DNA of 64,000 nucleotides, from IMG/VR virus record IMGVR_UViG_3300027963_004416, positions 32,001 to 96,000 of that record, one strand, 5' to 3'. How positions within the stretch are numbered: the first letter of the stretch is position 1; every line of letters starts with the position of its first letter. Source of the DNA: a virus. The notes beneath the pieces are model-generated. The model searched no databases. It worked only from the letters and a program-made list of their open reading frames with translations, and had not been told where the DNA came from. Positions 9,003 through 15,754 of this stretch are shown here, piece by piece. Both the position numbers and the translations under genes were made by a program.

Positions 9003-9311
9003 ATGTTATACGCCGATATTAAATTAGTTGACGGTTCCGTTACGCGGAAGTTTTTCGAGGACCGTGCGAAGGGTTATGGAGATTTTGGTTATGTTAAGTA
9101 TCTTCTTCGCAAAGAGTTTGGAAAAGATTCCACTCTATTATCCATTGGTGCAATTCCTGACGAACGAGTTCACGGATGGACACCTCCTAAGCCTCCTATC
9201 GATTATGAGTTTGAGAACATGAGGCATACAAAGTTTGCATTCGGACGAACAACGAAAAAGGTCATCGGTTTCGTTCCTCGCGACGACGACTTCGACGAGG
9301 AAAGTGCTTGA
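9003..9311 (+). CDS. Hypothetical protein
   Basis: 102-aa ORF. Confidence 0.65.
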   Translation: MLYADIKLVDGSVTRKFFEDRAKGYGDFGYVKYLLRKEFGKDSTLLSIGAIPDERVHGWTPPKPPIDYEFENMRHTKFAFGRTTKKVIGFVPRDDDFDEESA

Positions 9312-9336
9312 CTTAATTCTCGTGCCACGCTAAAAT
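9308..9336 (+). promoter_or_regulatory. Early sigma70-type promoter
   Basis: TTGACT-17-TAAAAT, leader TGAGAGAAAGGAG. Confidence 0.85.
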
Positions 9337-9367
9337 TAGTTCAACATTGAGAGAAAGGAGATGTGAG

Positions 9368-9541
9368 ATGGCTAAGGTAAACGTGGTGTACAAGACGGTT
9401 CTGTACTTCCAGCAGCAGGTCGAGGTTCCAGAAGACCAGCTGGACAACATCAAGCAATACATTCTTGATAACGACAAGCTCAACTTCGTTGATGAGTTCG
9501 ACAGCGACACGACTATCCTCAGCTACGGGGTTGCCTCTTGA
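9368..9541 (+). CDS. Small early protein
   Basis: ATG behind the cassette RBS. Confidence 0.7.
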   Translation: MAKVNVVYKTVLYFQQQVEVPEDQLDNIKQYILDNDKLNFVDEFDSDTTILSYGVAS

Positions 9542-9566
9542 CTTTATTTCCTCACCAGGCTATAAT
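9538..9566 (+). promoter_or_regulatory. Early sigma70-type promoter
   Basis: TTGACT-17-TATAAT, leader GAATCATCATTGAGAGAGAGGAG. Confidence 0.9.
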
Positions 9567-9596
9567 GAATCATCATTGAGAGAGAGGAGAAGCAAG

Positions 9597-9803
9597 ATGA
9601 ACACGAAAGAAGCACTGGCAATCATAGAACAGATCCAAGCGTTCCTGCAGCAGCACGTCAACAAGGATGCTGACTTCATCCATGCGATGGAGTACACGCG
9701 AGACAACCTCGAGAGTTGTTATCAGGAAGAGAAGGAAGCGTATGCCCACCTGGTCGTGGAGATGCGCAAGATGTTCGCAGCAGTCGAGTCCATCAGGGCT
9801 TGA
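9597..9803 (+). CDS. Small early protein
   Basis: ATG behind the cassette RBS. Confidence 0.7.
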   Translation: MNTKEALAIIEQIQAFLQQHVNKDADFIHAMEYTRDNLESCYQEEKEAYAHLVVEMRKMFAAVESIRA

Positions 9804-9828
9804 TTTTATTCTCGCGCCAGCTTATAAT
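9800..9828 (+). promoter_or_regulatory. Early sigma70-type promoter
   Basis: TTGATT-17-TATAAT. Confidence 0.85.
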
Positions 9829-9860
9829 TAGTTTAACATGATGAGAGAGGGGAATGCATA

Positions 9861-10100
9861 ATGAAAGTATCTAAACTGATTGAGCTGTTAGAAGGCTTCG
9901 ATGCAGAAGCCGAAATCCATTTTACGTATGGATACAATGACTATTGGCGCACGCAGGTCGCGCCGGCTGTTCGTGATGTATTCGAGGGAGAGGTTGAGTA
10001 TAGTGAATATCACAGAACGGACAAGCTGCTTGAAGACTATGAAGGTCCTCAAGACGATGACGACGACCGAGTAGTGAGAAAGGTCGTAGTTATTCAATAA
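9861..10100 (+). CDS. Small acidic early protein
   Basis: 79 aa, D/E-rich. Confidence 0.75.
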   Translation: MKVSKLIELLEGFDAEAEIHFTYGYNDYWRTQVAPAVRDVFEGEVEYSEYHRTDKLLEDYEGPQDDDDDRVVRKVVVIQ

Positions 10101-10291
10101 CGATTTTTGCGTTTGCGCTTGACAGTTGCAGGGGCGGTGAAGGCACCTGCAACTCTCTTAGCGATAGCCTTTTTGGTGACCGGCAGGAGATTGGTCGCGA
10201 TTTTGCCAATCCCCCTGAGTCGTTTAGACGCAACAGAGAGCCCGGTCAAGTCACCGATCAGGCCTTCGTTGAACTCTCTGAATGTCTTCAT
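10094..10291 (-). CDS. Putative capsid-internal protein
   Basis: N-terminus MKTFREFNEG resembles the T4 internal-protein capsid-targeting sequence; basic C-terminus. Confidence 0.6.
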   Translation of the reverse strand: MKTFREFNEGLIGDLTGLSVASKRLRGIGKIATNLLPVTKKAIAKRVAGAFTAPATVKRKRKNRY

Positions 10292-10629
10292 GGTGCAGGG
10301 TCGTTTTCGTTAGCTGCATCCATTTCAGCTTTTTGGTTTAGCGCATGTGCAACGCCGGCCATAGCAGCTTCCTTGCCGGTTCCCGCAAGCATGATGCCCG
10401 AGAGCGTGCCGCAAAGGAATGTAGCAACGGGGATGATTAGCTCGAAGAACTTTTGATCGATGGGCGAAATAGCCCCAAGCGGTTGCGTTACAAAGATGAT
10501 TGAGTACAGGACCACGAACACGATGCCGATTAGCGTCAATGCCAGGCACATGCCAATGAAGAACTTCAGACGAACCATCAATTCTTCTGATGTATATCTT
10601 TCGCCTCTTTTAGATGAAACTTCGCTCAT
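10288..10629 (-). CDS. Two-TM membrane protein
   Basis: Two hydrophobic helices. Confidence 0.75.
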   Translation of the reverse strand: MSEVSSKRGERYTSEELMVRLKFFIGMCLALTLIGIVFVVLYSIIFVTQPLGAISPIDQKFFELIIPVATFLCGTLSGIMLAGTGKEAAMAGVAHALNQKAEMDAANENDPAP

Positions 10630-10829
10630 TTTTTAGCTCCTTGTTCACTAGGAAGAATCTGCATCACTTCCGGTTGTGATTCAAAAATATATTTAGGACA
10701 GTCCCGATTTATTTCACATACAGGCGCCTTACATTCAGGCTTTTTCCAATTCTCATTATCTTGGCAAGGATACCGAAACTCAGCATCACAGCCACTTAAC
10801 AATAGCATAGTTAACATTATTCTTTTCAT
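10626..10829 (-). CDS. Cys-rich lipoprotein
   Basis: MKRIMLTMLLLSGC lipobox; four further Cys; GGGGGA RBS. Confidence 0.75.
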   Translation of the reverse strand: MKRIMLTMLLLSGCDAEFRYPCQDNENWKKPECKAPVCEINRDCPKYIFESQPEVMQILPSEQGAKK

Positions 10830-10858
10830 ATTCCCCCCTTTTAAGTCAACATGCCTTT

Positions 10859-10866
10859 TATTTATA
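10859..10866 (-). promoter_or_regulatory. T4-type late promoter TATAAATA
   Basis: Exact consensus about 30 nt upstream of the lipoprotein start. Confidence 0.75.
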
Positions 10867-10876
10867 GAGAAAGAAC

Positions 10877-11056
10877 ATGGTAATATATTATGTAGTACTA
10901 ATGACGCTGTCCGGTTCCCAGAACCTAACGCTAAAAGAATTCTCCACACATACTGAATGTGAATCGTATATGAAGAGCAACCATAAACGATTAACTAAAG
11001 TGTATTATGTGGAGAACAAACAACGAATGACCGGATCAGGATGTAGAAACAAATAA
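10877..11056 (+). CDS. Hypothetical small protein
   Basis: 59-aa ORF read by hand. Confidence 0.4.
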   Translation: MVIYYVVLMTLSGSQNLTLKEFSTHTECESYMKSNHKRLTKVYYVENKQRMTGSGCRNK

Positions 11057-11057
11057 T

Positions 11058-11222
11058 ATGATATTGCTTCTCCTAATAGGATTGATAATACTAGGATGCA
11101 TGTTCGAAACTATATTGAGCATTGTGTTTCATATAGCTATCATTGCAATGCTCATGATGGGATTCGGAGTAATGGCAGCAGGAGTATACGCCCTATTGGT
11201 TACTCTGGTAGTTCTTAGCTGA
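11058..11222 (+). CDS. Very hydrophobic small membrane protein
   Basis: 54-aa ORF MILLLLIGLIILGCMFETILSIVF... Confidence 0.45.
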   Translation: MILLLLIGLIILGCMFETILSIVFHIAIIAMLMMGFGVMAAGVYALLVTLVVLS

Positions 11223-11357
11223 TTTATTAGCGAGTTTCATAGAGATATATTTTGTTAAACTGAATCGTCAAAATGTATATGGATCGCTATGATATAAGAG
11301 AATGCGTTCAATAGCGAGGTGCTGAGAAGGTCTCTGATATATTCTCTCGCTGTTTTT

Positions 11358-11436
11358 CTCTATGAAATACTCTATGAAATACTCTATGAAATACTCTATG
11401 CATTCCCCGCTATGAAACCGCTATGAAAACTCTATG
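11358..11436. repeat. Iteron-like 12-bp tandem repeats (CTCTATGAAATA x3 plus degenerate CTATG copies)
   Basis: Perfect units at 11358, 11370 and 11382; partial copies continue to about 11436; non-coding. Confidence 0.85.
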
Positions 11437-11571
11437 CATTATCGCGCCGCGCTACTATGTACAGCAAATGATTTGCAGCATTATACTACCGCAATAATCT
11501 TTCGCAAATCACTATCGCAAACAGATACAGCTAGTCATTAGCGCATTCAGCTTTCGCGCACATGATCTTCC

Positions 11572-11600
11572 ATTATGCCTGATCTCTGAAATTAAATCAA
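11572..11600 (-). promoter_or_regulatory. Leftward sigma70-type promoter into non-coding DNA
   Basis: TTGATT-17-CATAAT on the minus strand. Confidence 0.65.
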
Positions 11601-11691
11601 CTCAGATCAGTAGCGCAATTTGTTTGCGGTGCTAGGGCTGTGGGCCACCCGTCCCGTCCATCCCAGGCGTGCCTTTCGAATCATTAAAGAC

Positions 11692-11720
11692 ATTGTACTG
11701 GGGCGCGGAAAAAAAAACCA
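11692..11720 (-). promoter_or_regulatory. Leftward promoter divergent from 11744
   Basis: TGGTTT-17-TACAAT with the same TTTTTTCCGCGCC spacer as the 11744 promoter. Confidence 0.55.
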
Positions 11721-11743
11721 GCACTTTTGGGGCGAGAAAGTTG

Positions 11744-11772
11744 TTGACTTTTTTTCCGCGCCAGGATATAAT
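11744..11772 (+). promoter_or_regulatory. Early sigma70-type promoter
   Basis: TTGACT-17-TATAAT, leader GAATCATCATGAGAGAGAGGAG. Confidence 0.9.
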
Positions 11773-11800
11773 GAATCATCATGAGAGAGAGGAGTGAGAA

Positions 11801-12028
11801 ATGATCTACACGGAATCGATGATTGACCATATGATGGGCCTCGATGCACTGAGTATCGAAAAGGGCTTTCGCAATGCAGAGTACTTCGATATCAAAATTA
11901 AGTCAAGCAAGTTCGTTGGTCTGAATAGCGATGGCCATTTCGTATATAAGTGCGAGTTCTCAGAAGGAATGAAGCAAAACGTTTTCGCTACTCTTAACGA
12001 GAACTCGAAGCTGATGTGTGAATTTTGA
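11801..12028 (+). CDS. Small early protein
   Basis: ATG behind the cassette RBS. Confidence 0.75.
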   Translation: MIYTESMIDHMMGLDALSIEKGFRNAEYFDIKIKSSKFVGLNSDGHFVYKCEFSEGMKQNVFATLNENSKLMCEF

Positions 12029-12030
12029 GC

Positions 12031-12059
12031 TTGACTTAATTTTCGCGTCAGGATATAAT
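12031..12059 (+). promoter_or_regulatory. Early sigma70-type promoter
   Basis: TTGACT-17-TATAAT, same leader. Confidence 0.9.
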
Positions 12060-12087
12060 GAATCATCATGAGAGAGAGGAGAGAGAA

Positions 12088-12303
12088 ATGAGCAATCAAC
12101 GTGAGATGGTTCTTGACAGTCAGATGGATGTTCTGGATAGCGCAATCATCGCCATCGGTCGTGCGATTCAAGAACTGGATAGCGGTGATCGCTGGTGCGA
12201 TTTGGATACCAATGATGCGATCTTGAAGCTCGAAGCGATTCGTCAAGAACTGACAGATCAGTACATGCTTATCGAAGACGAATTGCGTCAAATCGAGGCT
12301 TGA
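12088..12303 (+). CDS. Acidic helical early protein, paralog 1
   Basis: MSNQREMVLDSQ...; aligns along its length with 12358. Confidence 0.8.
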   Translation: MSNQREMVLDSQMDVLDSAIIAIGRAIQELDSGDRWCDLDTNDAILKLEAIRQELTDQYMLIEDELRQIEA

Positions 12304-12328
12304 CTTTTTTTCCGGGCTCATGCATAAT
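12300..12328 (+). promoter_or_regulatory. Early sigma70-type promoter
   Basis: TTGACT-17-CATAAT. Confidence 0.85.
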
Positions 12329-12357
12329 GAACGTACATTAAGAGAGAGGAGTAGGAA

Positions 12358-12579
12358 ATGAACAATCAACGTGAAATGATTCTCGAAAGCCAATTGAGCA
12401 TCCTGACCAACGCAATCGTTGCATTGAGTCGCACGATCAATGAACTGGATGAAGCTGATCGCTTTCCGGATCTGGATACGAAAGAAGCTATCGCTAAACT
12501 CGAAGACGTTCGTCAGGATCTGGAAGATCAGGTGATGGGTATCGAAGAAGAGTTGAACGAAATCGAAGATAGCTTTTGA
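12358..12579 (+). CDS. Acidic helical early protein, paralog 2
   Basis: MNNQREMILESQ...DLDT.EAI.KLE. Confidence 0.8.
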   Translation: MNNQREMILESQLSILTNAIVALSRTINELDEADRFPDLDTKEAIAKLEDVRQDLEDQVMGIEEELNEIEDSF

Positions 12580-12589
12580 ACGAAGTCGC

Positions 12590-12618
12590 TTGACTTAATT
12601 TCCGCGGCAGGATATAAT
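12590..12618 (+). promoter_or_regulatory. Early sigma70-type promoter
   Basis: TTGACT-17-TATAAT, same leader. Confidence 0.9.
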
Positions 12619-12643
12619 GAATCATCATGAGAGAGAGGAGAGT

Positions 12644-12832
12644 ATGATGACGGAACTGAAACAAATCACGCTGATGCTTAACGCCGATGAAGCCGAGTTC
12701 TTGGCGCAGGCGTTGGAGATTCACGCAGACAAGTACGCAGGCAGAATCTCGTTTGTTGAGGAGCTTGATCGCTACGTGCGTTCGACTCTGCAGACGAAGT
12801 TCGATCCGGCTTTCGCGGAGGACGTAGAATGA
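12644..12832 (+). CDS. Small early protein
   Basis: ATG behind the cassette RBS. Confidence 0.75.
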   Translation: MMTELKQITLMLNADEAEFLAQALEIHADKYAGRISFVEELDRYVRSTLQTKFDPAFAEDVE

Positions 12833-12990
12833 CTGAGCAACAAATTGAGCTGGTCGTTGAGAAGTGGTTCGATCGCATCGACCGCCAGTATATGGGCAAC
12901 GAGTTATCCTATCAAGACTACATGGCAGAGGTCGAGGCCGTGCGCCTCTGGGCTGATGCAAAGTATGCTGAGATGACGGCGTTGCATTAA
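12829..12990 (+). CDS. Small early protein (MTEQQIELVVEKWFDRID...)
   Basis: 53 aa; GGAGG RBS; ATGA overlap. Confidence 0.7.
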   Translation: MTEQQIELVVEKWFDRIDRQYMGNELSYQDYMAEVEAVRLWADAKYAEMTALH

Positions 12991-13010
12991 TTTCCTCAGG
13001 AAGCTACAAT
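12982..13010 (+). promoter_or_regulatory. Early sigma70-type promoter
   Basis: TTGCAT-17-TACAAT, leader GAAGTACATTGTGAGAGAGGAG. Confidence 0.8.
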
Positions 13011-13039
13011 GAAGTACATTGTGAGAGAGGAGAAAGACG

Positions 13040-13207
13040 GTGTACGATGCAGATGGATGGGATAGCTACGCCGCGTACGCTCATGAGCAGATGCTCGAGC
13101 TGATGTTCAAGGAGTCGGACGATTGCGTGGAGTTTGTCAACAAGTGGATCCAGGATCAGCTGGCCACGGCGGTTCCTACGGAAGTGTTTCAGGAGATTGA
13201 GCAATGA
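13040..13207 (+). CDS. Small acidic early protein
   Basis: GTG start behind the cassette RBS, 55 aa. Confidence 0.65.
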   Translation: MYDADGWDSYAAYAHEQMLELMFKESDDCVEFVNKWIQDQLATAVPTEVFQEIEQ

Positions 13208-13398
13208 GTGCAATGAGTGATCTGGATATCGTCAAGCAAGAGGTCTTCGAGTTCTTGGATGACCTGCGGTTGAGCGGTGAGACCAACATGTTTGGAGCTG
13301 CACCGTACATCGTCGAGGAGTTTGGCATGAACAAGGCTGAGGCGCGCGTCCTGTTGAGTGCATGGATGCAGACGTTCAGCGAGCGTCACGCAGCGTAA
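13204..13398 (+). CDS. Conserved small phage protein (LRxSGxTNMFGA motif)
   Basis: FLDDLRLSGETNMFGAAPYI pattern. Confidence 0.8.
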   Translation: MSAMSDLDIVKQEVFEFLDDLRLSGETNMFGAAPYIVEEFGMNKAEARVLLSAWMQTFSERHAA

Positions 13399-13400
13399 GA

Positions 13401-13587
13401 ACCGACCAGGTGGTGTACGGCTGCCAAAGCCACCGGGTGACTATGAGCAGGGTCGAGCCTGGGACATGACCCAAAAACAGGCAACGATTTCCCCCGGTGG
13501 CCTCGGCTCCTCTCTCACTCTCCGCAGAGGCCACCACCCAACCTGTCGCCCGCGTGCGACCCCGGACCAGTAACCGGGACCTTTTCT
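13401..13587 (+). ncRNA. Candidate structured antisense RNA
   Basis: Intergenic; four hairpins plus an H-type pseudoknot; loop CTCCTCTCTCAC complementary to early-gene leaders; ends in a CCCGG/CCGGG hairpin and T-run. Confidence 0.55.
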
Positions 13588-13589
13588 GG

Positions 13590-13618
13590 TTGCGTTTATT
13601 TCCTGAAGACGTCATAAT
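13590..13618 (+). promoter_or_regulatory. Early sigma70-type promoter
   Basis: TTGCGT-17-CATAAT, leader identical to 12982. Confidence 0.8.
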
Positions 13619-13648
13619 GAAGTACATTGTGAGAGAGGAGTGAAAGAA

Positions 13649-14020
13649 ATGCAAGCAACCTACACCTTCGACGAAAACATCGTCAGCGACCTGCACAAGG
13701 ATGCCTACGGCTTTCGTCCGAGCCAGTCGTTCTGGGAGTACTGGACAGGTGCCGACGACGACCGCAAGCAGCGGATCTGGGACGACCTGCTGGGTGCCCT
13801 GGATCGTGAGATGGAGTACCAGCGTCAGCGTGAAGCTGAGGCCGTGGAGGATTTCGATGAGATGCTCGATCGACTGTACCGGGCCGGTGCGAAGGACTTC
13901 ACGATGGCGATCAAGTGGGCACATGATGCGCACGATACGGACGGGGACGATGAGTACCTGGAGTACACCCTCGGTCTGCCGTTCAACCACATCCGCAAAG
14001 CACGCGAGGCCACGAAGTAG
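13649..14020 (+). CDS. Acidic early protein (SDLHKDAYGFRP motif)
   Basis: Recurrent phage motif; cassette RBS. Confidence 0.8.
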   Translation: MQATYTFDENIVSDLHKDAYGFRPSQSFWEYWTGADDDRKQRIWDDLLGALDREMEYQRQREAEAVEDFDEMLDRLYRAGAKDFTMAIKWAHDAHDTDGDDEYLEYTLGLPFNHIRKAREATK

Positions 14021-14049
14021 TGGCCTTATTTTCGTGTGGCGCCGATAAT
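14021..14049 (+). promoter_or_regulatory. Early sigma70-type promoter (degenerate)
   Basis: TGGCCT-17-GATAAT, leader GAATCATCAAGAGAGAGAAAGAGGAG. Confidence 0.65.
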
Positions 14050-14082
14050 GAATCATCAAGAGAGAGAAAGAGGAGTAGGGAA

Positions 14083-14172
14083 ATGAAAGAACTGATCTTT
14101 GTTGCATTCTGCGTTATGGGTGGTTACGGTCTGCATGACATGGTTATCACTTTGAGCAAGCTGGCTCACTAA
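14083..14172 (+). CDS. 29-aa hydrophobic peptide
   Basis: MKELIFVAFCVMGGYGLHDMVITLSKLAH behind the cassette RBS. Confidence 0.6.
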   Translation: MKELIFVAFCVMGGYGLHDMVITLSKLAH

Positions 14173-14184
14173 GGAGAGAGAGAA

Positions 14185-14457
14185 ATGAGTCTAGAATGGG
14201 AATTGAGCTGTTACGGTGTTGCTGAGAAGCACCTCGAAGAGACCTTCAAGTCGTCGTACGTGCAGATGGTCGGTATCGACATGTACGTGGCAGGCATCAT
14301 GAGTGACTGTCAGGAGATCCTGGAGCACTATGATGACAAGGAGGGCAAGGAGGCTGTCCGTCAGCTCCTGAATCGGGCGAAGTACTATCTGAGCCGTCGC
14401 TATGATGAGCAGCGTCAGGCTGCTGATGAAGACTTCCGGAAGCGGAGGGTTGCATGA
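14185..14457 (+). CDS. Hypothetical early protein
   Basis: AAGGAG RBS, 90 aa. Confidence 0.75.
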   Translation: MSLEWELSCYGVAEKHLEETFKSSYVQMVGIDMYVAGIMSDCQEILEHYDDKEGKEAVRQLLNRAKYYLSRRYDEQRQAADEDFRKRRVA

Positions 14458-14663
14458 TGGAGTACAGTGTCGAGTTGTATGAGGACCCGGACCAGTGGTC
14501 CTTCTGGGAGGTGATCGAATGGGGTCCTCATCCACATCCAGAAGACACCGTACGTCGACGGACCGGCATGATCCTCCATCGTGTCCGTGGCAATGACTGG
14601 GTATCTGAAATGGCTGCTCGTGAGTGGCTACACATCTACAAAAAGGAGAATGGAATTGAATAA
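14454..14663 (+). CDS. Hypothetical early protein
   Basis: ATGA overlap. Confidence 0.65.
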   Translation: MMEYSVELYEDPDQWSFWEVIEWGPHPHPEDTVRRRTGMILHRVRGNDWVSEMAAREWLHIYKKENGIE

Positions 14664-14745
14664 TGGTGACATGTACGTGGGTTACGCCCTCTGGTTCGTG
14701 GCAGGCTTCCTGCTAGGCTACATCGTGTTAGGTGCACTAGTATGA
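14650..14745 (+). CDS. Small membrane peptide
   Basis: MELNNGDMYVGYALWFVAGFLLGYIVLGALV. Confidence 0.5.
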   Translation: MELNNGDMYVGYALWFVAGFLLGYIVLGALV

Positions 14746-14885
14746 TCTACTTACAGTACGTAGTGACACTAGTATGTGCACTGCTGGTGCCGGTGTTCGT
14801 AGTGCGTGGTGACACGTACCATGCCGTCATCTTCTCCATCATGGCCGGCGTCAACCTGGTCATGATACTGGACCGTCGTACATGA
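14742..14885 (+). CDS. Small two-TM peptide
   Basis: 47-aa hydrophobic ORF, ATGA overlap. Confidence 0.5.
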   Translation: MIYLQYVVTLVCALLVPVFVVRGDTYHAVIFSIMAGVNLVMILDRRT

Positions 14886-15143
14886 GGCACTAGTGTACAG
14901 TGATTGCAGAATTAGTACTAGTAGGGTACATGGGTACAAAAATAGTTGGTACGTTAACGAAGATTTAACCGTGTAATTTTTTGCGTGCTCTCATAACCTC
15001 TTTATCCCTCCCCCAGTACAAAAATAGTGCGTGCCTCTGAGATTTTTATCCGCGGGAAAATCGCGCGCGCAAAAACCCCGTAGAATTGCTTTTCTCAGAG
15101 ACCTATATTAATATACAGTATTATTCTTCACTCAGGAGGTGTC

Positions 15144-15296
15144 ATGACACTGGCAGATAATCTTAAAAATCTTCTTCAGAAAAAAAACTCTTCATCTCAT
15201 GTAGACAAGAAGAGGGGTAGTGGTGTTGACGTAGTCTCCAAGAGTCAGGTGAACGTCAACAAGCCTCAAAGAAAGAGTGCAGGGAGGGGTCGATGA
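15144..15296 (+). CDS. Small basic protein (ends KSAGRGR)
   Basis: AGGAGGT RBS, 50 aa. Confidence 0.7.
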   Translation: MTLADNLKNLLQKKNSSSHVDKKRGSGVDVVSKSQVNVNKPQRKSAGRGR

Positions 15297-15412
15297 AGCA
15301 AGTCAAGGTGGTAAGAAACAAAAACGGGACGACTCGTAGTTACATACGTACTCAGACTGGCAAATGGCAGAAGTGTGGTCAGAGTACGTACAACAATAGG
15401 AAGAAGCGGTAG
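15293..15412 (+). CDS. Small basic protein
   Basis: 39 aa, GGAGG RBS, ATGA overlap. Confidence 0.5.
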   Translation: MKQVKVVRNKNGTTRSYIRTQTGKWQKCGQSTYNNRKKR

Positions 15413-15457
15413 GGAAAATTTTTTGGCCTAAGGCTGTGAGATTCAAAGGAGAAGGAA

Positions 15458-15703
15458 GTGAAAAGAGAACAGATAATTGAAATGGCATATCAGTATAAGT
15501 TTGATGGTAGTGACGGTGTATTCCAGTGGAACAATGAAGAACACTTTAAAGCCGGTTTTCTGTCTTTTGAGAGGTTTGTGAATGACTTCGAAGAGCGAAT
15601 CAGGCTTGAATGTGCTAACCTGGCCGATGAGTTGGGTTCGTACGAAGTAGCCAGCGCAATTCGTACTCTTGCATACAATGATGAGAGAAGCGATCGTTAT
15701 TAG
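15458..15703 (+). CDS. Hypothetical protein
   Basis: GTG start with GGAG RBS. Confidence 0.6.
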   Translation: MKREQIIEMAYQYKFDGSDGVFQWNNEEHFKAGFLSFERFVNDFEERIRLECANLADELGSYEVASAIRTLAYNDERSDRY

Positions 15704-15754
15704 CCGAACCGGCGCTCTATCTAAATACCTTAGTGTAGAGCATAGGTAGGTAGC

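Noticed and set aside
12058-12087. MNHHERE... N-termini given by the ORF track (12058, 12617)
   Set aside because: The ATG overlaps the -10 box and the codons are the repeated leader/SD; true starts lie downstream
9538-14082. Recurring 40-60 nt sequences as a CRISPR array
   Set aside because: Copies are degenerate, contain -35/-10/SD elements and are separated by whole ORFs of 200-600 nt; no cas genes
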